This document shows positions 1 through 6,057 of a stretch of DNA of 6,057 nucleotides, piece by piece. Both the position numbers and the translations under genes were made by a program. Source of the stretch: Octopus sinensis (taxonomy: Eukaryota); assembly GCF_006345805.1 (NCBI RefSeq), contig NW_021829424.1, forward strand, positions 1 to 6,057, in the 5' to 3' direction. The stretch's first letter is position 1. Every line of letters starts with the position of its first letter. The notes below the pieces were generated by a model, which was not told where the DNA came from, did not search any database, and was given only the letters and a program-made list of their open reading frames with translations.

Positions 1-530
1 GCTCCGAACGCAGTCCGATAGGGCCTCTTCTACTTCCGCAGCTGTGATCGGCCTCCTGCGCTGAGAGTACCTGCAAACCAACCAGGAAGTCTGAGAAGTC
101 CATCTCGCGATCCGGCCCACCGCTCGTCCCGAACAGCTGAACGAAGTGCTGGTGAAGAATCTTACACATTTTGTCGGGTTCGTTAACCGTGCATCCATTT
201 TGGTCGATCAAAGTCCCTATGGTGGCATTATTGCTTGGCATTGGTGTGTTGGTCTAGAGTCAATCTCGCTGCCAACACGTTAGAAGCATTGTCAGATTTT
301 AGTGCCTCTTCTAGTGTGCTATGTTCCTTTCTAGTCTATTTTTTCTAACTCTAAAACTTTGCTATATCTACGTGACATAAATTTAATGGCTATTTTTAGG
401 GCGCACCACAAGTTGTTATTGATGATGGCTCCTGTTAACGCCCTTTTCACTAATTCTCTAATCCGGAACTGTAGGCTTTGAACGTCAGGAGTGACGTGTT
501 TAGCTTCCAGTAATCTGGAAGTCAAGCTTT
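1..530 (-). mobile_element. Decayed L1/Tx1-clade LINE ORF2 fragment (end of endonuclease region plus linker before the RT); continues beyond the left window edge
   Basis: Manual minus-strand translation across frameshifts gives DYWKLNTSLL (WKLNTSLL at 509-486), then ...IRELVKRALTGAIINNNLWCALKIAIKFMSRRYSKVLELEK (supplied ORF 331..525), LEEALKSDNASNVLAARLTLDQH, NATIGTLIDQNGCTVNEPDKMCKILHQHFVQLFG, FSDFLVGLQVLSAQEA and RPITAAEVEEALSDCVRS (60-1). The W(K/R)LNxSLL, WxxLKxxIK, IxxLxDxxG, FLxxLxxLS and PITxxEVxxAL motifs occur in the order expected for L1/Tx1 ORF2, just before the usual KSPGxDG. Confidence 0.85.
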
Positions 531-568
531 CAGATCGTCAACAGTGTTCCCAAAGTCAGTCGAACACA

Positions 569-804
569 GTGCTTGATTTGAGGATTGATATGAAGGGTGA
601 TGCTTCGTTTAATGTTCATATAACCAGGATGGTAGCAATGTGCAGGTAAATGGCCGGAAAGATTCTGAGAATTTCCAGAAGAAAAAAAGAAGAACGCTGG
701 TCCTATGGAGGACTTTTGTCCTTAGCTGTCTGAACTACTGCTCTCAACTATAGCCACACCACAGTGTCAAATTGATAGCGGAACTCGAGGCAGTTGAGTG
801 GTAA
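569..804 (+). mobile_element. Decayed CR1/L2-group LINE reverse transcriptase C-terminal fragment
   Basis: Frame +2 from 569 reads VLDLRIDMKGDASFNVHITRMVAMCR*MAGKILRISRRKK. After a frameshift in the A-run near 682-690, frame +1 from 694 reads TLVLWRTFVLSCLNYCSQL*PHHSVKLIAELEAVEW*. This matches the CR1-type pattern DLG(I/V)xxxxDLxFxxHI...ILRxF...LYxxxVxxxLxYCSxxWxP...IxxLExVQ. Confidence 0.85.
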
Positions 805-966
805 TGTTCACTGCTGTCCAAGATTCCAGAGAAATCTTGGAACCCCCCAGAAAAACTGGCTGCAACTCAGGATGTAAACTCTGACTGTTATTCATTTCTC
901 TCCTTTCAATTGTTTCAGCAATTTCACAACTTAACGCAAACCCGAACTAGCCACTTTGAACTCTGA

Positions 967-1038
967 CCATCCATCCATCCATCCATCCATCCATCCATCC
1001 ATCCATCCATCCATCCATTCATTCATTCATCCATCCAT
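967..1038. repeat. (CCAT)13 microsatellite with (ATTC)/(CCAT) tail
   Basis: Read directly from the sequence. Confidence 0.97.
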
Positions 1039-1594
1039 TTCTCTATTTGTATTTATACTAATACAACAATTTATTTGGGTTTCTAGCAGCAGAGATTACG
1101 ATATTCTACAAATAGAACCATTTTTTTAAAAATTAAAATTTTATTTTAGCTCAATATTCCCGTTCTCTTGTTGGGAGGACGCACATTTTCATTTTGGGAT
1201 TAATTGATTATCAGAGTTTTGTTTTATACATAAGGGATTATGAGTTTTAAAAAAAAATAGAAAAAATGTTTGTTCTTAGCGTCAGTGGTTATGATTGTAT
1301 ATTTTTAGTATTTTAGAGAATAGGTCTTTAGCATTTAAGGTTAGAGTTTAGGCTGAGTATTTGAATATAGCTTTGAATGGAAAAGAAATCGATTCAAAAC
1401 ATTCAATTGTTGAAGTTACTATTTCAATCTAATACAAAATGAGAATATGCTGTTTAAATCAAAGTGCAAAAGATACTTTCTATAATAGGCTTATGTTTCG
1501 TCCAGACGCATCACCAGAATTTAAGTGACTTATAATTGCGACATTGACAATTCCCGGTGTCAACAGTCCGACTAATACCAGGTATTTAGGGTAG

Positions 1595-1597
<3 letters not shown>

Positions 1598-1625
<28 letters not shown>

Positions 1626-1700
1626 CACACACACACACACATACACACACACACACCCACACACACACGCACGCACGCACGCACATACACATACACATAC
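1598..1700. repeat. Compound (CA)n/(CACG)n/(CATACA)n microsatellite
   Basis: Read directly; explains ORF 1480..1698(-). Confidence 0.97.
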
Positions 1701-1798
1701 AGATGATTCTATGGTTTTATGTAGAAGATATTTCCACAATTACTCACGCAAACCAGCTGGAAATGTCGGTACTCGCCTCTATTTTGGATTAGAACAGC

Positions 1799-1809
1799 CT
1801 ATCTATCTA

Positions 1810-1887
<78 letters not shown>

Positions 1888-1901
1888 AATCTATCTATCT
1901 A
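1799..1901. repeat. (TCTA)n tetranucleotide microsatellite
   Basis: Read directly; explains the YLSI repeat in ORF 1711..1917. Confidence 0.97.
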
Positions 1902-1910
1902 CAATCAAAG

Positions 1911-1968
1911 AGACTGACAGACAGACACACACGCACACACGTACGCACACAAACACACTCACACACAT
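1911..1968. repeat. Degenerate (GACA)n/(CA)n microsatellite
   Basis: Read directly. Confidence 0.85.
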
Positions 1969-2118
1969 GGTCTGTAGATTTCAGTAATGTTATACCGTTT
2001 ACGTCATCCGCCTCATAGCATCCTCTAGAAAAGCGGTTGATACGGGCTGATTTGAGCAAGACTTTCATTTCACATTGATCTTTGGCTAGGTACTAGTGTA
2101 GCTCCTCTTTTTCTCCAG

Positions 2119-2135
2119 CTCACGCATCGACAAAG
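2119..2135 (+). other. Candidate 17-nt microexon (CTCACGCATCGACAAAG)
   Basis: Preceded by the acceptor GCTCCTCTTTTTCTCCAG (2101-2118) and followed by the donor AAG|GTGAGG (GT at 2136-2137). Motif evidence only. Confidence 0.3.
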
Positions 2136-2154
2136 GTGAGGAATTGAAAGATCG

Positions 2155-2245
2155 TATATACTATATATATATATATTATATATGTATATGTATGTGTGGC
2201 GTGTGCTCGTGCGTGTGCGTGTGCTCGTGCGTGTGCGTGTGCTCG
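2155..2245. repeat. (TA)n/(TATG)n tract followed by an 18-bp unit GTGTGCTCGTGCGTGTGC x2.5 (2201-2245)
   Basis: Read directly. Confidence 0.92.
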
Positions 2246-2314
2246 AAAAGTATACTATATGGTAGCAAGATATATTCGCAAGTGAGTTATAATTGGTTGC
2301 ATTGTATCAGCTTG

Positions 2315-2346
2315 AGTGAGTGCGTGTGTGTGTGTATTATATATAT

Positions 2347-2387
<41 letters not shown>

Positions 2388-2412
2388 TGTGTGTGCGGGT
2401 GCGCGTGAATGT
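2315..2412. repeat. Compound (TG)n/(TA)n microsatellite
   Basis: Read directly. Confidence 0.95.
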
Positions 2413-2618
2413 GTAGAATTCTTGATTTTCGAAATTTCCTCCTCACATGTGAAATTGACACAGTACTCCGTCTTATAAAAAAAAGCGGACATAATTTGAG
2501 AAAATAAAAATTTATCTTGCATATGAGTTAATGTAGAAGATAATGTTATTCGTCTTTATTAAAACATATTCATGCCATTGGTTGCGTGAATCATTCTACT
2601 TACTTTTATTTTTGTTTT

Positions 2619-2643
2619 ATATATATATATTAATATATATATT

Positions 2644-2679
<36 letters not shown>

Positions 2680-2680
2680 C
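2619..2680. repeat. (TA)n microsatellite
   Basis: Read directly. Confidence 0.95.
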
Positions 2681-2784
2681 ACTGCGTACATACATAGTTA
2701 ACACACATTCATATATATTGATCTAAACATATGAGTAAGTACGTAATACATTTACATAATGCAAGGGGGGTAATGTTGCCATGA

Positions 2785-2815
<31 letters not shown>

Positions 2816-2824
2816 CTATATATA
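2785..2824. repeat. (TA)n microsatellite
   Basis: Read directly; flanks the fold-back element. Confidence 0.95.
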
Positions 2825-3146
2825 CAATAATATTTTACATTACTCGATAGTCAAGATAAAACTCTGAGTTTCAGATGCCGAAGTGGAAATCCACAACACC
2901 ATCTTCGGTTATCTGGCTATTTGCTAAATAGTGGAAATCCACAACACCATCTCTTCGTTTATCTGGCTATTTAGCAATAGCCAGATAACCGAAGAGATGG
3001 TGTTGTGGATTTCCACTTCGGCATCTGAAACTCAGAGTTTTATCTTGACTATCGAGTAATGTAACATTATTGTATAGATAAATTTCCTCTATTTACATAA
3101 TATTGAGGTCTCTTTCTTTCTTTTGTTATCTTACCGTTTTACCAAT
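2814..3146. repeat. Double fold-back inverted duplication: arm 2814-2931 and internal copy 2930-2972 are both reverse complements of parts of 2967-3080; probable PLE-type terminal fragment
   Basis: TTACATTACTCGATAG...ACAACACCATCT (about 2835-2904) is the reverse complement of about 2995-3064. AGTGGAAATCC...GGCTATTT occurs twice on the left (2882-2922 and 2930-2972). The element is flanked by (TA)n on both sides. The PLE assignment is inference. Confidence 0.9.
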
Positions 3147-3310
3147 ATATATATATATATACACATAAAAACATATATACATATATATATACATATATAT
3201 ATATATATACAGATATATATATATCACATACATACATATATATATACATACGAACACATACACACATATTGTGAAAAGGGCACAATATGTGTGTGTGTAT
3301 ATATATATAT
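3145..3310. repeat. Degenerate (TA)n/(TACA)n/(TG)n tract
   Basis: Read directly; explains ORFs 3123..3317 and 3126..3314. Confidence 0.92.
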
Positions 3311-4014
3311 TCAATAATGAGGGTGAATAAAATTATAGATATTAATTCAATAATACCCTTATTTTAACACCAAGCGACCTAGCACAAAAACCGGGGATAC
3401 AAATTCATATTTATCCGTAAATATTAGAGAGCAACATTGAATATGTTAACTCTAAGTGCTAGAATAGACCCAACCGGTAAGTCGCCAATGATAATTCCAC
3501 ATAGAAAATGAAATGCACTACAGTCAACGCTATGAAATTGAATTACAACTAAATAATGGATTAATGTTGTACAATTGTTTTCCTCATTAACAAAATATGC
3601 AGATTATACTTACATAATTGTCTATGATTCGTCAGCAACATTTGTCAATATAATTGATCAGACCCTTACAAGCGACGATTCTCCTATGGTCCGATAATTA
3701 CTTCAGGGTTGTAGTTACAATTTCCCGCCGAAAGTAAATGCTAAGTGGGAAGTGAATACAGCATGTAATATTTACTGCAGCCTATCAAATCAATACATTC
3801 AATAATGAGGGTGAATAAAATTATAGATATAATTCAATAATACCCTTATTTTAACACCAAGCGACCTAGCACAAAAACCGGGGATACAAATTCATATTTA
3901 TCCGTAAATATTAGAGAGCCAACTTTGAATATGTTAACTCTACCTTTACCGTTGGTCTATTTCTAGCACTTAGAGTTAACATATTCAAAGTTGGCTCTCT
4001 AATATTTACGGATA
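3309..4014 (-). mobile_element. Non-coding HHR-bearing element (PLE pseudo-LTR or retrozyme-like): ~488-bp monomer, 146-bp direct repeat and terminal inversion
   Basis: 3309-3454 and 3797-3942 are near-identical direct repeats (two 1-bp indels, one substitution). 3899-3942 and 3971-4014 are a perfect 44-bp inverted repeat. The 28-nt loop 3943-3970 is the reverse complement, with small indels, of 3455-3481. There is an internal HHR on the minus strand, and both ends lie in (TA)n. Confidence 0.7.
3563..3642 (-). ncRNA. Type I hammerhead ribozyme-like motif
   Basis: Minus strand: stem I AAUGUUG (3642-3636) pairs with CAACAUU (3569-3563), 7 bp perfect and in register. Core CUGACGA (3635-3629), long stem II (3627-3584), GAAAA (3582-3578), palindromic stem III ACAAUUGU and cleavage triplet GUA (3572-3570). 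Deviations: A.G instead of G-C at 10.1/11.1, and one extra A. Confidence 0.75.
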
Positions 4015-4036
4015 TATATATATATTATATATAAAT

Positions 4037-4092
<56 letters not shown>

Positions 4093-4096
4093 ATAT
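4011..4096. repeat. (TA)n microsatellite
   Basis: Read directly. Confidence 0.96.
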
Positions 4097-4290
4097 AGGG
4101 AAGAGTTCATGAAAAAAAGCAAAAGACGAAACAGATGGTGTATAAAACAAAAGATGTATTAGTATAAACGCTCAGGAAATTGAAAAAATTCTTTTACGTT
4201 TCGAGCCTACTCTTTCTACAGAAAGGGACACAGAAAAAAAGCAAGCAAAGAAACAAGGAGAGAAAAAATGCGTGTAGTGGCTACCGATCC
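4097..4290 (-). mobile_element. Interspersed repeat fragment (probable PLE-type terminal repeat) carrying a minimal HHR-like motif
   Basis: A unique-looking block between (TA)n and (CT)n(TA)n tracts that contains the HHR-like fold at 4191-4225. It resembles a repeat I recall from octopus DNA (recollection, unverified). Confidence 0.5.
4191..4225 (-). ncRNA. Minimal type I HHR-like motif with variant core
   Basis: Minus strand: CUUU-CUGUAGA-AA-GAG(UAGG)CUC-GAAAC-GUA-AAAG. Stem I CUUU/AAAG is in register, stem II is GAG/CUC and the cleavage triplet is GUA. The core has U at A6 and two extra A residues. Confidence 0.5.
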
Positions 4291-4291
4291 A

Positions 4292-4432
<141 letters not shown>

Positions 4433-4815
4433 TGTTGTGAAGGAAAGCTGTTCTTATTATTGAAGACACACTCGGATATCCATGAATATCAGCCAAGTTA
4501 TACGAAAGTATAAACGGGAGATTGTTTTGAGCAAACACTTTATCGTATACTACTGCAACTGTTTCATCGCCATTTTACCAACAAATATTTGCCGAAGTAT
4601 TACTATACAGTATATTGAATATTAAAGCTTCTTAATGTATCATTCTAAAAGACACATAGAATATATAGTACGATACAAGAGGAAACGACAAGAAGTGTAT
4701 AACGTAAATTTATTGAAATGTTTTTAAGTTAGGGAAAAATTAGCCGTGATATTTGAATTTTCTTATTGTCACATAAAATTTCACCAAACAATTCCTCTTT
4801 CATTTATGACGCATA

Positions 4816-4835
4816 TAACATATATATGCATATAT

Positions 4836-4912
<77 letters not shown>
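4816..4912. repeat. Compound (TA)n/(TACA)n/(CA)n/(TA)n microsatellite
   Basis: Read directly. Confidence 0.95.
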
Positions 4913-4915
4913 AAA

Positions 4916-4960
4916 CTTGTGAGTGGATTTGGTAAATGGAAACTGAAAGAATTCCATCGT
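4916..4960 (+). mobile_element. 45-bp internal fragment of the same SINE family as 5037-5437
   Basis: 39/45 identical to 5149-5193 in an ungapped alignment. Confidence 0.85.
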
Positions 4961-4972
4961 GTGTATATATAT

Positions 4973-5006
<34 letters not shown>

Positions 5007-5036
5007 ATATATATATATATAATATATATATATATA
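4961..5036. repeat. (TA)n microsatellite
   Basis: Read directly. Confidence 0.96.
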
Positions 5037-5198
5037 GGCGTAGGAGTGGCTGTGTGCTAAGTAGCTTGCTTACCAACCACATGGTTCCTGGTTCAGTCCC
5101 ACTGCGTGGCACCTTGGGCGTCTTCTATAAACTTGGGCCGACCAAAGCCTTGTGAGTGGATTTGGTAGAGGTAAACTGAAAGAAGCCCGTCGTATATA

Positions 5199-5238
<40 letters not shown>

Positions 5239-5437
5239 TCCCCTCAACATCACTTGACAACCGATGGTGGTGTGTTTACGTCCCTGTAACCTAGAGGTTC
5301 GGCGAAAGAGACCGATAGAATAAGTACTAGGCTTACAAAGAATAAGTCCTGGGGTTAATTTTTTCGACTAAAGGCGGTGCTCCAGCATGGCCACAGTCAC
5401 ATGACTGTAGCAAGAAATAGAGAATAGAGTATAGAGT
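5037..5437 (+). mobile_element. tRNA-derived SINE (octopus-type), near full length, with internal (TA)/(TG)n tract at 5193-5235
   Basis: tRNA-like head with an A-box-like TGGCTGTGTGCT (5047-5058) and a B-box-like GGTTCAGTCCC (5090-5100). The body and 3' part (GGCGGTGCTCCAGCATGGCCACAGTC) end in short (ATAGAG-N)3 repeats (5417-5437). It sits within (TA)n. I recognise it as resembling abundant Octopus SINEs but do not assign a family name. Confidence 0.88.
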
Positions 5438-5452
5438 ATATATATATATATA

Positions 5453-5690
5453 CCACATAGATACATTTAAGGTGTTGACAGAAATCCCCTTTCTGTCAAC
5501 GTCTCAAATGTGAAACTTTTGTTCTCTGAAGAGAGGCTGGTGCTATCCGGTGATCGAATCAATTTACAATCATTATTCGGACCACCAAGCTCCCAGAAAC
5601 AGATGTTGGACTAGTAAAACTCTTATCCAAACTCTTTAATTCCTGATATCATTTCTATTCTGTGTGGGTCGGACCTTTTATATCTAAATA
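5453..5690 (+). mobile_element. Probable PLE-type terminal-repeat remnant (hairpin plus degenerate HHR); boundaries approximate
   Basis: Contains the hairpin at 5463-5511 and the HHR-like fold at 5521-5612. It starts at a (TA)n tract. The family assignment is inference. Confidence 0.4.
5521..5612 (+). ncRNA. Degenerate type I HHR-like motif
   Basis: CUGAAGA (5526-5532) followed by G10.1; extended stem II (GGCUGGUG with CACCAAGCU, and UCCGG with UCGGA); GAAAC (5596-5600); near-palindromic stem III AACAGAUGUU; triplet GUU (5605-5607). Stem I is weak (UCU/GGA) and position 11.1 is A rather than C. Confidence 0.5.
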
Positions 5691-5840
5691 TATGTACATA
5701 TTTTGTATTAAATATATTCATTACCTTTTGAATTTCGACTTGCCTAACTTACTTATCCATACATTTATTCCACCATCTGCTCCAGTTTAAAGCACTTGAG
5801 CACTTCGTCGTGTATTCTATATGGAGAATATCTGCCTCTC

Positions 5841-5891
5841 ATATATATATATATATATATACGTACATACGCACACACAGAGACACACACA
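5841..5891. repeat. (TA)n/(CA)n compound microsatellite
   Basis: Read directly. Confidence 0.92.
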
Positions 5892-5911
5892 AATAAGCAT
5901 AAGTATATATT

Positions 5912-6057
5912 ATTTTATTAATTTACGTGTTTCAGCACGAAGGCTGTGGGTATGCTGGGCAATCGCCAGTAACACCACTTTGCAATGCCCATTCCTATGT
6001 AGATGGCTTTTGGTGCATAAGGGCCTTTGATATTGCTGTTCTCATTTGAGTTCTTTT
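5912..6057 (-). mobile_element. Probable 3' end of a CR1-group LINE (ORF2 C-terminus and 3' UTR); continues beyond the right window edge
   Basis: Minus frame 6057-5995 reads KRTQMRTAISKALMHQKPST*, resembling the RAAxSNSLxxQ terminus of invertebrate CR1-type ORF2. The 3' UTR GGCGATTGCCCAGCATACCCACAG (5967-5944) matches the SINE tail at 5373-5396 in 18/24 positions, and ends in an AT-rich tail. Confidence 0.6.

Noticed and set aside
331-525. 64-aa ORF as a standalone gene
   Set aside because: It is one frame segment of the frameshifted L1/Tx1 ORF2 remnant; the WKLNTSLL motif lies in a neighbouring frame.
817-841. 9-bp hairpin TCCAAGATT/AATCTTGGA
   Set aside because: Short, with no associated motif; it may mark the end of the CR1 fragment but is compatible with chance.
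890-960. Acceptor-like TTCTCTCCTTTCAATTGTTTCAG
   Set aside because: No convincing donor follows before the sequence runs into (CCAT)n, so no exon can be supported.
1544-1563. TTGACA...TGTCAA mini-hairpin resembling the 5474-5500 hairpin and a bacterial -35 box
   Set aside because: Only 6 bp, and the context is eukaryotic; the similarity is probably coincidental.
1489-1581. 93-bp AG...CAG|GTATTT exon candidate
   Set aside because: Stop codons occur in all three frames and the acceptor is weak.
2814-4014. CRISPR array, or DNA transposon with terminal inverted repeats
   Set aside because: There is no regular repeat-spacer periodicity. The inverted repeats are local fold-backs at one end rather than paired termini, and no transposase is present.
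5037-5110. tRNA gene
   Set aside because: The tRNA-like region continues directly into a SINE body and does not give a convincing cloverleaf; it is the SINE head.

Overview
Eukaryotic, AT-rich, non-coding DNA, most likely intronic or intergenic. The SINE and repeat content resembles what I recall from Octopus (cephalopod) genomes; this is recognition, not a database hit. No intact gene is present, and about one fifth of the window is simple repeats. All supplied ORFs except 331..525 are largely microsatellite artefacts. The window holds a decayed L1/Tx1-type LINE ORF2 fragment (1-530, -), a CR1-group RT C-terminal fragment (569-804, +), a probable CR1-group 3' end (5912-6057, -) and a tRNA-derived SINE (5037-5437, +). 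The unusual part is 2.8-5.7 kb, with four non-coding elements set into (TA)n tracts. Three carry type I hammerhead ribozyme (HHR)-like folds with short or palindromic stem III, as in Penelope-like elements (PLEs) and retrozymes. The best one (3563-3642, -) lies in a ~488-bp monomer present as 1.3 tandem copies with a fold-back inversion. Two elements show fold-back inverted duplications. Residual long-read-type indels mean some details need checking against raw reads.
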